A stretch of 64,000 nucleotides of DNA from an uncultured Pedosphaera sp. (GTDB lineage Bacteria; Verrucomicrobiota; Verrucomicrobiia; Limisphaerales; Pedosphaeraceae). The stretch is from assembly GCA_903930565.1 (NCBI GenBank), contig CAIYZC010000357.1, positions 4,728 to 68,727 of the forward strand. The letters are read 5' to 3'. The position numbers and the translations under genes are program-made. The stretch's first letter is position 1; the number at the start of each line of letters is the position of its first letter. Shown here one piece after another: positions 43,074-53,207 of this stretch. The notes below the pieces were generated by a model that was not told the origin of the DNA, searched no databases, and saw nothing but the letters and a program-made list of their open reading frames with translations.

Positions 43074-44597
43074 TTACTTGCTTTCGTCCACCACGAGGAA
43101 GCGGGTGCCGGAGCTGCCGCCTTGGCGGCTCCAGACCTTGAGCAGGATGGTCTTGTCCGCGAGCTTTTGGGTGAGGCGGACGGCATCTTCCGCGTTGCGC
43201 ACGGAGTGCTTGTTGATTTCGATGATGACATCCCCTTCGCGCAGGCCGGAGGCGTAAGCGACCGAGTCTTGGTCCACCGAGTTCACGACGGCGCCATTAA
43301 TGCCGGCCGGCACGCGCAGTTGGGTGCGAGTTTGGCTGTCGAGGTCGGTGACCCCCACGCCTTTGAGGGATTCACTGTTGTCCTCATCGGCCGGTTTGGC
43401 GTTCGCTTCATCTTCCGAGCCGGGTTTCTCCCGCACGGTGACATGGAGGGAGACGCGTTCTCCGTCGCGCAGGACTTCGAGGGGCACCTTGGTGCCGGGA
43501 GCGGTTTCGGCGACCTGAATCTTGAGGTGGCCGCGGTCGGTGACTTTCTTGCCGTTGTAGGTGAGAACGACGTCGCCGTCCTTGAGGCCGGCCTTGTCGG
43601 CGGGACTCTTGGCTTGGACCTCCCCGATCAACGCGCCTTCGTCATTCTGCAGCTTGAACTTCTTGGCGAGCGCCGGCGTGACGTCCTGCAGTACGACCCC
43701 GAGGTAGCTGCGCACCACTTTGCCGTTCTCAATCAAGCTGGTCATGATGAAGCGGGCGAGGTTGCTGGGCACGGCGAAGCCGATGCCCTGGTAACCGCCG
43801 CTGCGGCTGAGGATCAGGGTGTTGAGCCCGATGAGCCGGCCTTCGGCATCCACGAGGGCGCCGCCGGAATTGCCGGGGTTGATGGCGGCATCGGTTTGGA
43901 TGAAGTCCTCGTAGTCGAGGCCCACGTTGCCGCGACCGGTGGCGCTGACGATGCCCATGGTTACGGTCTGGCCGACGCCGAAGGGATTGCCGATGGCGAG
44001 GCACACGTCGCCGACTTCGATCTTGTCGCTGTCGGCGAGGGTGACGACCGGCAGGCCGTGGGCGTCGATCTTGATGACGGCCACCTCGGTCTTGGGATCG
44101 CGGCCGATCACCTTGGCGGTGAATTCGCGACCGTCGTTCAGGGCCACTTTGATCTCATCCGCACCATCCACGACGTGGTTGTTGGTCAGGATGTAACCAT
44201 CCTCGGTGATGATCACCCCGGAGCCCAGACCGCGTTGCGCGGGGGTGCGCATGTTGCCGCCCCCGCCGAGCGGGTTGCCAAAGAAAAAGCGCCGGGGATC
44301 ATTGTCGCCGAAGGGCGATTGGGACATGGGGATGATCTTGGCCTTGGTCTCAACATTGACCTTGACCACACTGGCGGCGACCCGCTTGACGACGGGGGCG
44401 AAGCTGACGGCGTGGCGGCCGTCGCGGGCGAGGGGGGAGTCGGACACGGCCACATTAACCTTGGCCGGATGGGTCGGTGGTTCCTTCGCCCGGACCAGAT
44501 GGGTGAAGGCGAGCGTGGCGACCGCCACGGCGGCGGTCATGGTCAGGAAGCCCACGCGGATGGCGGCGGTATTGCCGGAAAGAATGCGATGTTTCAT
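43074..44597 (-). CDS. htrA: HtrA/DegP-family periplasmic serine endoprotease with two PDZ domains
   Basis: 'GSGVIITEDGYILTNNHVV' (His), 'DPKTEVAVIKI' (Asp) and 'TDAAINPGNSGGALV' (Ser). Two PDZ-like segments. N-terminal signal/TM. Confidence 0.9.
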   Translation of the reverse strand: MKHRILSGNTAAIRVGFLTMTAAVAVATLAFTHLVRAKEPPTHPAKVNVAVSDSPLARDGRHAVSFAPVVKRVAASVVKVNVETKAKIIPMSQSPFGDNDPRRFFFGNPLGGGGNMRTPAQRGLGSGVIITEDGYILTNNHVVDGADEIKVALNDGREFTAKVIGRDPKTEVAVIKIDAHGLPVVTLADSDKIEVGDVCLAIGNPFGVGQTVTMGIVSATGRGNVGLDYEDFIQTDAAINPGNSGGALVDAEGRLIGLNTLILSRSGGYQGIGFAVPSNLARFIMTSLIENGKVVRSYLGVVLQDVTPALAKKFKLQNDEGALIGEVQAKSPADKAGLKDGDVVLTYNGKKVTDRGHLKIQVAETAPGTKVPLEVLRDGERVSLHVTVREKPGSEDEANAKPADEDNSESLKGVGVTDLDSQTRTQLRVPAGINGAVVNSVDQDSVAYASGLREGDVIIEINKHSVRNAEDAVRLTQKLADKTILLKVWSRQGGSSGTRFLVVDESK

Positions 44598-44741
44598 AAG
44601 CTATTGGTTCTGCGTTAACACGGCGTTTAATGTTGCCGTAGAGAACCTCGCATCCGCGCATGGCGGGAACCTTTCCCGGGCATTACAGATTTGTAAGCGG
44701 GGGAAAGGAGGTTGGGGATCCCCCCCACTGGCGGAACCGGT

Positions 44742-45620
44742 TCAGACGGGAACCGTGGCCACCCACGCGCTGGGGCCGAATTTCATCCGGAACGCCTCCA
44801 CGAGGTGTTCCGCGCGGGCGGGGGAGTCCGCGATGGCGAAGGTGGTGGAACCGCTCCCGGACATGAGAGTGGCCGCGGCGCCGGCCTCGCGGAAGAAATC
44901 CTGGTACAGGGCGAGCAGGGGAAATTTTTCGAGCGCGGGGGCTTCCAAGGAATTGTAAAACTCCCGCCCCGCGGCCGCGAGGTCGGCGCGTTCGAGCAAC
45001 TTCACCAACTGTTGCGCGCGGCCGGGAACGCCGTTGAGCGCGGCGGGGAAGCGGGCCAGGTTTTGGTACGCCCAAGGGGTGGCGATGCCGAAGCCCGGGT
45101 GGACCAGCACGAACACCGCGCCCCGCAGGGCCGGGAAGGGCGCGAGCGGGGTGATGAGCTCACCGCGGCCGGTGGCCAGGGCCGGGCCGGGTTGGAGGAA
45201 GAACGGAATGTCCGAACCCAAAGCCGCCGCGAGCGGCGTGAGCGCTTCCGGTGCCAAGGGGTGGCCGAAAAGTTCGTTCAAGCCCAAAAAGGTTTGGGCG
45301 GCATTGCCGCTGCCGCCGCCAAGGCCCGCCGCTTGCGGAATGCGTTTCTCCAAGTGAATCCTCACGCCATCGGGGATTCCCGCCGCTGTCAGGAAGGCGG
45401 TGGCCGCGCGGTGCACCAGGTTACGGCCGTCCACCGGCAGCGTGGCGTCGCTGCAGCTGAGTTCCACGCCCGCCGGGTGGGGTGCAAACGTCAGTTCATC
45501 ACACCAATTGACCGGCTGCATGACGGTTTCCAGCTCGTGAAAACCGTCCGGCCGGCGGCCGAGAATATTGAGCAACAGGTTGACCTTGCACGGCGAGGGG
45601 CGGACGAGTGTCGGGGGCAT
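44742..45620 (-). CDS. ispE: 4-diphosphocytidyl-2-C-methyl-D-erythritol kinase
   Basis: 'PSPCKVNLLLNILGRRPDGFHELETV' and 'GLGGGSGNAA'. ATG 45620 is preferred over GTG 45638, because the latter would place a terminator hairpin inside the CDS. Confidence 0.85.
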   Translation of the reverse strand: MPPTLVRPSPCKVNLLLNILGRRPDGFHELETVMQPVNWCDELTFAPHPAGVELSCSDATLPVDGRNLVHRAATAFLTAAGIPDGVRIHLEKRIPQAAGLGGGSGNAAQTFLGLNELFGHPLAPEALTPLAAALGSDIPFFLQPGPALATGRGELITPLAPFPALRGAVFVLVHPGFGIATPWAYQNLARFPAALNGVPGRAQQLVKLLERADLAAAGREFYNSLEAPALEKFPLLALYQDFFREAGAAATLMSGSGSTTFAIADSPARAEHLVEAFRMKFGPSAWVATVPV

Positions 45621-45654
45621 AAAAAAGCGCGCCAACACCGGGGTGTTGGCGCGC
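45621..45654 (-). terminator. Rho-independent terminator after the lipoprotein gene, abutting the ispE start codon
   Basis: 13-nt arms gcgcgccaacacc/ggtgttggcgcgc (45627-45639 / 45642-45654). On the minus strand they are followed by UUUUUU (45621-45626), then immediately the ATG of ispE. Confidence 0.7.
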
Positions 45655-45671
45655 GGGGGCGGAAAGTTGAA

Positions 45672-46103
45672 TCAATTATCGAACACGCTGAACCGGCTGC
45701 CGAAGAACCACGGGGCGACATCGCCGCCGCTGAACCCGAGGTAATGATCGGTGTCCGTGACCCCCATGGACCAACTGCGGGGCTTGTAGGCGTCCGGGTG
45801 TTGGGGATTGGCGGGCAGATAGCTGGTCCAAACCGGGCCGTAGGGCGGAATCGGGCTGGTCACGATTTCATACAGTCCCAGGCCGGTGCGCGCAAAAGTG
45901 TGGTTGACCCCATCGACGAAGCCGATGGAAAAGCCGTTGTCCGGGCCGCCAAAATACTCGTGCTGCTCCATCGAACGGGAGAATTCCCCGCCGCGGACGA
46001 TTTCGGCGGTATTGGAAATGCCGCGCCCCAGTTTTTGTTCCGGCCCCGCGCAACCCACGGCGACCAAGGCCAGCATGGCCAGGAGAGAAATTGTATTACG
46101 CAT
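45672..46103 (-). CDS. Small lipoprotein (possibly exosortase-system-associated TIGR04073-like family)
   Basis: Lipobox 'LVAVGCAG'. 'KLGRGISNTAEIV' and 'GLGLYEIVT' resemble what I recall of TIGR04073. The family assignment is tentative. Confidence 0.5.
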   Translation of the reverse strand: MRNTISLLAMLALVAVGCAGPEQKLGRGISNTAEIVRGGEFSRSMEQHEYFGGPDNGFSIGFVDGVNHTFARTGLGLYEIVTSPIPPYGPVWTSYLPANPQHPDAYKPRSWSMGVTDTDHYLGFSGGDVAPWFFGSRFSVFDN

Positions 46104-46279
46104 AATTGATTGAACTGTGGTGGTAACTTAGCCCTCGCCACCCGGTTTTGTAAAGCGCTTTTCTGCAAATTCGTTGACGCGGCGGGCGGGGCGGATTATG
46201 AACCCGGCGGTTTCCGTCCGGGCCCGCCCCGCCGGCCGCGGGGCGGCCGTGTTTCACCCGCGCGGGACCAAGCCTTGCT

Positions 46280-48781
46280 ATGTATTGCGTCGTGGGATCC
46301 GGCCCGTCCGGCATTGCCTGCGCCCGGGCCTTGTTGGCCCAAGGGCGGACCGTGCGCATGGTCGACGCGGGCCTGACCTTGGAACCCGCGCGGGAAGCGG
46401 CCGTGGCGCAAATGCGCGCGGCGGCGCCCGCGGATTGGACGCCCGCCCAGGTGGCGGCGCTCAAGGAGGGAATGGCGTCCACCGCGCAAGGGGTGCCGCT
46501 CAAGCTGGTTTACGGCTCGGATTTTCCCTACCGTGAGGCGGCGCAATTCCTGCCCGGCGGGAATGCGGGCGTGGGGTTGAAAGCCTCGCTGGCGCAGGGT
46601 GGTTTCAGCAATGTCTGGGGCAGTGCCATGCTGCCATATTTGGATCGCGATTTGGGGGCGTGGCCCGTGGGGGCGGCGGAACTGGCGCCGCACTACGAGG
46701 CCGTGCTGGCCTTCACCGGGCTGGCGGCGCGGGAGGATGATTTGGCGGCGGATTTTCCCTTGTATACCCGGCGGTTCGCCCCCTTGGATTTGAGCCGCCA
46801 AAGTCGGCGCCTGTGGACCCGCTGGGAGCGGCACCGGGCGGCCTTGGGGGTGGCGGGCGTGCGGTTCGGCGCGGCGCGGCTGGCCTTGCAGGCACCGCCC
46901 GCGGGCGGCGGGGCGGGCTGTGTGTATTGCGGGGTGTGCATGTACGGCTGCCCGTACGGCTATATTTATAATAGCGCGTCCACGCTGGCGGAGTTGCGGC
47001 GCGACCCCCGCTTCACCTATGAACCGGACACCGTCGTCGAAACCGTGGCCGAGGACGCGCATGGGGCCACCCTGCGGACGGTGGACCGGCGCACCGGGCA
47101 GCCGCGGGAAATCACCGCGGAGCGGGTCTTTTTGGCGGCCGGGGTGCTGCCCACCACCCGCATCTTGTTGGCTTCCCGTGACCTGTACCAACAGCCGGTC
47201 TGGCTCAAGGACAGCCAATACTTTTTGTCGCCGCTCCTCATGCCGTTTCGGGTGCCGGGGGTGCGGGAGGAGCGGTTGCACACCTTGAGCCAGTTGTTTC
47301 TGGAGATTCTGGACCCGCAACTGAGCCCGCACACCATCCACCTGCAGATTTATTCCTACAACGACCTCATTTCCGGCGCCCTCCGGCAGACGCTCGGCAA
47401 GTTGAAGCTGAACCGGGAGGTGTTGGTGCGACAACTGGAGGAGCGCCTGCTGGTGGCCCAGGGGTATTTGCACTCCGACCAATCGTCGCGCATCGTGGCG
47501 ACGCTGGAGCGCGGGCCGGCCGGCGGGCGGGCGCGGTTGGAATTGCGGCCGGAATTGAACCCGCAAACACCCGCCGCCGTCCGGGCCGTGCTCGGGAAGT
47601 TGTTGCGGCTGGCGCCGCGATTGGGGGCGGTGCCGCTGCCGCCCATGCTCCAGATCACCGAACCCGGCCGGGGGTTCCATACGGGCGGGTCCTTCCCGAT
47701 GCGCCGGGATCCGGGGCCCTGGGAGACCGATGTCCTGGGCCGTGCGCACGGTTGGCGCCGCATCCACGCCGTGGACGCCACCATTTTGCCCACCATTCCC
47801 GCCACCACCATCACTTTTTCCGTTATGGCCAACGCGCATCGCATCGGTACCGCCGCCGCCCAACTCGACGCCGCGCCCGCGGTGGAAATCAGCGGGGGCG
47901 GGGCCCCCGCGCCGCGCACCTGTTTTATCACCGGGGCCCGCGGCTACCTCGGGGGCTGCGTCGCCGCCACGTTTCAAGCGGCGGGCTGGCGCGTGGTCGA
48001 GTTGGTGCGGAAACCCTCCGCCGAAGCGGTGCGCGCCGGCCGGGCGGTGGATTTCGCGCTGGATCGGGAGTTGGCGCCGGGGCAATTGCGGGGGGCGGAT
48101 GCGTTGGTGCACTGCGCCTACGATTTTTCGGGACGCTCCTGGGCGGACATCGAGCGGACCAATGTGGCCGGTTCCCGCCGCCTGCTCGCCGCCGCCCGGG
48201 CGGATGGCGTCAAAGCAACGGTGTTTATTTCCACCATGAGTGCGTTTGCGGGGTGCCGTTCGTTGTACGGGCGCGCGAAATTGGCGATCGAGCGCGACGC
48301 GCCCTCCGGCACCCTTATCCTGCGCCCCGGCCTGATCCACGGGGACACGCCCCGGGGCATGTTCGGCAACCTGGTGGCTCAAGTGAAAAAATCCCGGCGC
48401 GTGCCGATTTTTGGCGATGGCGGGCAGGTCCTGTATCTCACGCATCAGGCGGATTTGTGCCGGACCATCCACGATTTTTGCACCCGCGGGGCGCCGGCCG
48501 GCCCCGATCCGGTAATTGCGGCGCACGACCAAGGTTGGACCTTCCGCCAAATATTGGAGGAAATTGCGCGGGCGCGGGGGAAGCGTATCGGCTTCCTGCC
48601 GCTGCCCTGGCACCTCGTCTGGCTGGGGATCAAGACCTTTGAGACGATCGGCGTGCCGTTGAGCTTTCGCAGCGACAGCTTGGTCAGCTTGATGAACCAG
48701 GATCTGCAACCCTCGTTCACCGCCACCCACGCCGCCGGGTTTGTCTTTCGGCCCTTCAATGCCGCGGCGCTCCACCTTTGA
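46280..48781 (+). CDS. Fusion protein: GMC/FAD-dependent oxidoreductase (N) + extended SDR NAD(P)-dependent epimerase/dehydratase-like domain (C)
   Basis: N-terminal 'VVGSGPSGIACARALLAQGRTVRMVDAG' is an FAD Rossmann motif, and 'RIHAVDATILPTIPATTITFSVMANAHRI' is a GMC C-terminal motif. From about nt 47918, 'CFITGARGYLGG' is a TGxxGxxG motif and 'SLYGRAKLAIE' is YxxxK. Confidence 0.75.
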   Translation: MYCVVGSGPSGIACARALLAQGRTVRMVDAGLTLEPAREAAVAQMRAAAPADWTPAQVAALKEGMASTAQGVPLKLVYGSDFPYREAAQFLPGGNAGVGLKASLAQGGFSNVWGSAMLPYLDRDLGAWPVGAAELAPHYEAVLAFTGLAAREDDLAADFPLYTRRFAPLDLSRQSRRLWTRWERHRAALGVAGVRFGAARLALQAPPAGGGAGCVYCGVCMYGCPYGYIYNSASTLAELRRDPRFTYEPDTVVETVAEDAHGATLRTVDRRTGQPREITAERVFLAAGVLPTTRILLASRDLYQQPVWLKDSQYFLSPLLMPFRVPGVREERLHTLSQLFLEILDPQLSPHTIHLQIYSYNDLISGALRQTLGKLKLNREVLVRQLEERLLVAQGYLHSDQSSRIVATLERGPAGGRARLELRPELNPQTPAAVRAVLGKLLRLAPRLGAVPLPPMLQITEPGRGFHTGGSFPMRRDPGPWETDVLGRAHGWRRIHAVDATILPTIPATTITFSVMANAHRIGTAAAQLDAAPAVEISGGGAPAPRTCFITGARGYLGGCVAATFQAAGWRVVELVRKPSAEAVRAGRAVDFALDRELAPGQLRGADALVHCAYDFSGRSWADIERTNVAGSRRLLAAARADGVKATVFISTMSAFAGCRSLYGRAKLAIERDAPSGTLILRPGLIHGDTPRGMFGNLVAQVKKSRRVPIFGDGGQVLYLTHQADLCRTIHDFCTRGAPAGPDPVIAAHDQGWTFRQILEEIARARGKRIGFLPLPWHLVWLGIKTFETIGVPLSFRSDSLVSLMNQDLQPSFTATHAAGFVFRPFNAAALHL

Positions 48782-48820
48782 CCCCCGGTGGGGGCGGTCC
48801 GCAAAATATGGGGATTGCCC

Positions 48821-48849
48821 TTGACGCCCGGGCCAAAGGTATTTAATGT
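48821..48849 (+). promoter_or_regulatory. Sigma70-like promoter of the nusA-infB operon (TTGACG - 17 nt - TAATGT)
   Basis: Hexamers at 48821-48826 and 48844-48849, about 100 nt upstream of nusA. Confidence 0.5.
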
Positions 48850-48888
48850 TTCGTTTGAACGGTACAGATCGCTGGATCGCCAGCACGG

Positions 48889-48926
48889 AAAAGTCGGAAG
48901 AATCAAATCTGCCGACTTTTTTATTT
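48889..48926 (+). terminator. Leader hairpin + U-tract between promoter and nusA (candidate attenuator)
   Basis: Stem aaagtcgg/ccgacttt (48890-48897 / 48912-48919) with a 14-nt loop, followed by 'ttttatttcc'. Confidence 0.4.
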
Positions 48927-48958
48927 CCATTGCGGGTGGGTGTGCCGGGATGAACCTT

Positions 48959-50245
48959 ATGAACGCAGACTTTTTAGCGGTTTTGGAATTTTGGGAACGC
49001 GAAAAAGGCATCAGCCGGGCCACGCTCGTTGCTGCTGTCGAGGAATCCCTTTTGTCCGCCGCCAAGAAGGCGATTGGCCCGGCCCGTGAACTTCGGTGCG
49101 TCATTGATCCGAAGAGCGGGGATATCAAGGCATTTGCCAAACTGGTGGTTTCGGAAAAAGTGTTGTCCAAGCACGACCAGATCAGTGTTTTTGACGCGCG
49201 CCGGGTCAAATCCGACGCCCAGGTCGGCGAGGAATTGGAAGTCGAAGTGACCCCCGCGGGTTTCGGGCGCATCGCGTCCCAATACGCCAAGCAGTCCCTG
49301 ACCCAGCACATCCGCCGGGCGGAAAAGCAGCTTATTTTCACGGAGTTCAAGGACCGGGTCGGTGACATCATCAGCGGTGTCGTGCGCCGGTTCGACCGCT
49401 CCGACGTTTGCATCGATTTGGGCAAATACGAGGCGCTGCTGCCGAACCGCGAGCGTGTGCCCACCGAGGAATACCAGATCGGCGAGCGCATCCGTTGCTA
49501 CGTGAAGGCCGTGGAAAACGGTCCCCACGGGCCGGAAATCATCCTTTCGCGGGCGGATCCCCGCTTCGTGGTGAAGTTGTTCCAATTGGAAGTCTCCGAA
49601 ATTGGCGACGGCACGATCGAGGTCAAGGGGATCGCGCGTGAGCCCGGGTTCCGTTCCAAGCTGGCGGTCTACACCCGCGACGAAAAAGTGGACCCGGTGG
49701 GTGCCTGTGTTGGCTTGCGTGGCCAGCGGGTGAAAAACATCGTGCGGGAACTCAACAACGAGAAGGTGGACATCATTCGCTGGGATCCGAACATCAAGGT
49801 GTTCCTGACCAACGCCCTGGCGCCCGCCGTCTTGAAAACGTTTGAAGTGGACGAGGCCCGGCGGCGCGTGCACATCATCGTCGGCGGGGACCAGCTGTCC
49901 CTGGCCATCGGCAAGCGCGGGCAGAACGCCCGCTTGTCGTCGCGGTTGACCGGTTGGCAGGTGGACATTGATCCCGAAGTCGTGGTGTCCGTGGGCTTCC
50001 AGGAGAAGGTGGCGCACGCCGTCAAGGAAGTGGCCGCTATTCCCGGGATCAGCCAACAGCAGGCGGATGTGCTGGTCCATCATGGGCTGACCCGCTTGGA
50101 GGATTTGTTGCAGGCGGATGCCAGCGACTTGGCGGGGATTCCCGAACTCGGGGACCAGTCGACGGCGATTATGGCGGCCGTGTGGGCGGAAGCCAAACGG
50201 CGGGGCATCAAGTTGGGCCCGGGCATGGACCCGGGCGCGGTATGA
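48959..50245 (+). CDS. nusA: Transcription termination/antitermination factor NusA
   Basis: 'MNADFLAVLEFWEREKGI' parallels the E. coli N-terminus 'MNKEILAVVEAVSNEKAL'. S1 domain 'GDIISGVVRRFDRSDVCIDLGKYEALLP'. KH domains 'GACVGLRGQRVKNIVRELNNEKVDII' and 'AIGKRGQNARLSSRLTGWQVDI'. An alternative ATG lies at 48950. Confidence 0.9.
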   Translation: MNADFLAVLEFWEREKGISRATLVAAVEESLLSAAKKAIGPARELRCVIDPKSGDIKAFAKLVVSEKVLSKHDQISVFDARRVKSDAQVGEELEVEVTPAGFGRIASQYAKQSLTQHIRRAEKQLIFTEFKDRVGDIISGVVRRFDRSDVCIDLGKYEALLPNRERVPTEEYQIGERIRCYVKAVENGPHGPEIILSRADPRFVVKLFQLEVSEIGDGTIEVKGIAREPGFRSKLAVYTRDEKVDPVGACVGLRGQRVKNIVRELNNEKVDIIRWDPNIKVFLTNALAPAVLKTFEVDEARRRVHIIVGGDQLSLAIGKRGQNARLSSRLTGWQVDIDPEVVVSVGFQEKVAHAVKEVAAIPGISQQQADVLVHHGLTRLEDLLQADASDLAGIPELGDQSTAIMAAVWAEAKRRGIKLGPGMDPGAV

Positions 50246-50346
50246 AGATGCCCACCGCGGAAAATTTGGGAAGCAATCATAACCCCCGGCGGCAATGCGC
50301 CCGGGGGGCGGTGGCGGTGCGCAGTTGAGAATCCAATAGATAGATT

Positions 50347-53187
50347 ATGCCCGTTCGTATTTACGACATTTCAAAAAAGCTCGGCTTGGACAACAAGGAA
50401 GTGCTGACCAAAGCCAAGGAATTGGGCATTGCGGCCGCGAAGGTCGCGTCGAGTTCGCTGGACAAGATCACCGCCGAATATTTGGAGAATGAACTGGTGC
50501 GGGGCCGTCCGTTGCCGCCGCCGGCGCCGCCCTCCGAACCTGCCAAAATCATTTTGGTTACCGAGGCGCGACCCGAGACTCACGCCGAGGACACGCTGGC
50601 CGCCGCCGCCGGCGTTCAAGATGAGGATTTTGCCGGCGGGGAATCCGCGCCCGAACCGACCGCCGAGGCGCCCGCGCCCACGGTGGCGGCCGAACCGGTA
50701 TTTGTCCCGCCACCCGCCCCGGTGGCGACGGCCGGGCCCGCTCCGGCCCCCGTGTCCGCCGAGCCCGTGGTGCCCGCCCCGGCCCCGGCGCCCGAGCCCG
50801 CCCCTTTTTCAGCGACGGTCCCGGCGGAACCCCGTCCGGTGGAACCCGCTTCCTCCCCGGTGATTCATACGATGCCTCCGCCGCTCCCGCCGGCCCCCGT
50901 TACGACCTCCGTCCCGGTGGCGGCCGCGCCCGAAGCGCCGCCCGCCGCCAGCCAGCCGGCGACTCCGGTCGCCCCGCCGGCTCCGGCCGTCCCGGTTGTC
51001 CCGCCCGTGCCTGCCGCTCCTGCGGCGCCGCCGGCCCCGCCCAAGCCCCAAGTGGGCGACAAGGTTGGGTTTATTCAATTGCCCGTGAAGGCCGCGCCCC
51101 GCGTGCCCGACAAGAACACCGGCGGTCGGCCCCAGCCGCCCGGCCGCCCCGGTGCGCCCGCCGGCCGTCCCGGCCAAGGGACCGGTCCGGGCCAAGGCCA
51201 GGATGCCAATCGCGGCGGCCGCCCCGGCGACAACCGCAATGTGCGCCCCGGTGGTCCCGGTGGCGGGAGTGGCGGTAATCAATATGGCAATCGCGGGCCG
51301 AACAACCAGTACGGCCGCTCCGGTGGCGGCTACGGGCGCAACGAACCGGCCAAGCCGACGCCTCCGCCCGTCCCCAAATTTGTCGGTCCGTTGACCGGCG
51401 AGATGATTTCGATTAAGCCACCGATCGTGGTGCGCGACTTGGCCGAGCAATTGAAGCTCAAGCCGTTCAAACTCATCGCCGACCTGATGGAGTTGAACGT
51501 GTTCGCCAACGTCAATCAATCCATCGATGAATTGGTGGCGCAGAAGATTTGCGCCAAATACGGCTACCGCTTTGAAGTTGAAAAGCGCGAGCGCGGCACG
51601 GGCGTGATCCATGCGCCGGTGAAAAAGGTGGAGTTGGACATGGACGACAAGCCGGAGGATCTCCGGCCGCGCGCGCCCATCGTCACCATCATGGGCCACG
51701 TGGACCATGGCAAGACCTCCCTGCTCGATGTCATCCGCAAGACCAACGTGGTGGCCGGGGAAGCCGGCGGCATCACCCAGCACATCGGTGCCTACACGAT
51801 TGCCTTCCCGCATCCCGAGCGGAAGAACGAGCTGCAGCAAATCACCTTCCTGGACACGCCGGGTCACGCCGCCTTCAGTTCGATGCGCGCCCGCGGCGCC
51901 AATGTCACCGACATTGTCGTGCTGGTCGTCGCGGCCAATGACGGCGTGATGCCCCAAACCATCGAGGCGTTGAACCACGCTTTGGCGGCGAAGACGGAAA
52001 TCATTGTCGCGGTGAACAAAAGCGACCATCCGAACGCGAACCCCACCCGGGTCCGCCAGCAGCTCCAAGAAAAGGGGTTGGTGTGCGAGGAATGGGGCGG
52101 CAAAACGCTGTTCGTTGACGTGTCGGCGCTGACCAAGGTCGGTGTGGACAAACTGCTGGAAGCGATCCTGCTCCAGGCGGAAGTCATGGAATTGAAGGCC
52201 AACCCGACGCGCCGGGCCAAGGGGAACGTCATCGAGTCCGGGCTGGAGCCGGGCGGCCCCACCGCGACGGTGCTCGTGCGCAAGGGCACGTTGGCGCTGG
52301 GCGACATCGTGATTTGCGGCCAGTTTTACGGCAAGGTGCGCGCCCTCATCAACGAGGAGGATAAGCGGTTGAAGAACGCCGCCCCGTCGGTCGCGGTGAA
52401 ACTGCTGGGCTTGAATGGCGTCCCCCAGGCGGGCTTGGAATTCAGCGTGGTGGAAAACGAGAAGGAAGCCCGCGATCTGGCGGAGAAACGGGCCGACGAG
52501 GCCCGGGCCCAGGGCCAGGAAGTGCGCGCCAAGGTCACCTTGGAAAACTTGTTCGCCACCATGACCTCCAACGCCGGCAAGGTGTTGAAAGTCATCGTCA
52601 AGGCCGACACCCAGGGTTCGGTCGAAGCCATCGTCGAAGAGCTCAAGAAGATCGAATCCAGCAAGGTCAGCCTGGAAGTGGTGCATCATGCGGTCGGCAC
52701 CATCACCTCGTCCGACGTCGCCCTCGCGGCCGCTTCGGAGTTGGTCATTCTCGGCTTCCACACCCGGATCGACAACGGGGTGTCCGAGGAAGCCAAGCGC
52801 GAAGGCGTGCAGATCAAACTCTACGCCATCATTTACGAACTCATCGATCAGGTCAAAGAAGCGATGGCCGGTCTGTTGGACCCGTTGCTGAAGGATATCG
52901 TCGTCGGCTCGGCCGAAGTGCGCAAGGTGTTCCAGTTGTCCAAGGGCGGCCCGGTGGCGGGTTGCATGGTCACCATGGGCCGGATTGTGCGCGGCAAAGT
53001 GCGTGTGCTCCGGCGCAAGGGCCTCATTTACGAGGGCGTCACGCAAACGCTGCGCCGGTTCCAGGACGAGGTCAACGAGGTGCGTTCCGGCATGGAGTGC
53101 GGCATCCGGCTCGAGGGTTTTGGCGACTTCCAGCCCGGCGACACTATTGAGTGCTACAGCGTGGAGAAGGTGGCGCAGAAATTGTGA
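50347..53187 (+). CDS. infB: Translation initiation factor IF-2
   Basis: G-domain '[14 protein letters not shown]', 'DTPGH' and 'NKSD'. Pro/Ala-rich N-terminal region. Confidence 0.95.
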   Translation: MPVRIYDISKKLGLDNKEVLTKAKELGIAAAKVASSSLDKITAEYLENELVRGRPLPPPAPPSEPAKIILVTEARPETHAEDTLAAAAGVQDEDFAGGESAPEPTAEAPAPTVAAEPVFVPPPAPVATAGPAPAPVSAEPVVPAPAPAPEPAPFSATVPAEPRPVEPASSPVIHTMPPPLPPAPVTTSVPVAAAPEAPPAASQPATPVAPPAPAVPVVPPVPAAPAAPPAPPKPQVGDKVGFIQLPVKAAPRVPDKNTGGRPQPPGRPGAPAGRPGQGTGPGQGQDANRGGRPGDNRNVRPGGPGGGSGGNQYGNRGPNNQYGRSGGGYGRNEPAKPTPPPVPKFVGPLTGEMISIKPPIVVRDLAEQLKLKPFKLIADLMELNVFANVNQSIDELVAQKICAKYGYRFEVEKRERGTGVIHAPVKKVELDMDDKPEDLRPRAPIVTIMGHVDHGKTSLLDVIRKTNVVAGEAGGITQHIGAYTIAFPHPERKNELQQITFLDTPGHAAFSSMRARGANVTDIVVLVVAANDGVMPQTIEALNHALAAKTEIIVAVNKSDHPNANPTRVRQQLQEKGLVCEEWGGKTLFVDVSALTKVGVDKLLEAILLQAEVMELKANPTRRAKGNVIESGLEPGGPTATVLVRKGTLALGDIVICGQFYGKVRALINEEDKRLKNAAPSVAVKLLGLNGVPQAGLEFSVVENEKEARDLAEKRADEARAQGQEVRAKVTLENLFATMTSNAGKVLKVIVKADTQGSVEAIVEELKKIESSKVSLEVVHHAVGTITSSDVALAAASELVILGFHTRIDNGVSEEAKREGVQIKLYAIIYELIDQVKEAMAGLLDPLLKDIVVGSAEVRKVFQLSKGGPVAGCMVTMGRIVRGKVRVLRRKGLIYEGVTQTLRRFQDEVNEVRSGMECGIRLEGFGDFQPGDTIECYSVEKVAQKL

Positions 53188-53207
53188 CACGGCCCTGAGC
53201 CGGACCC

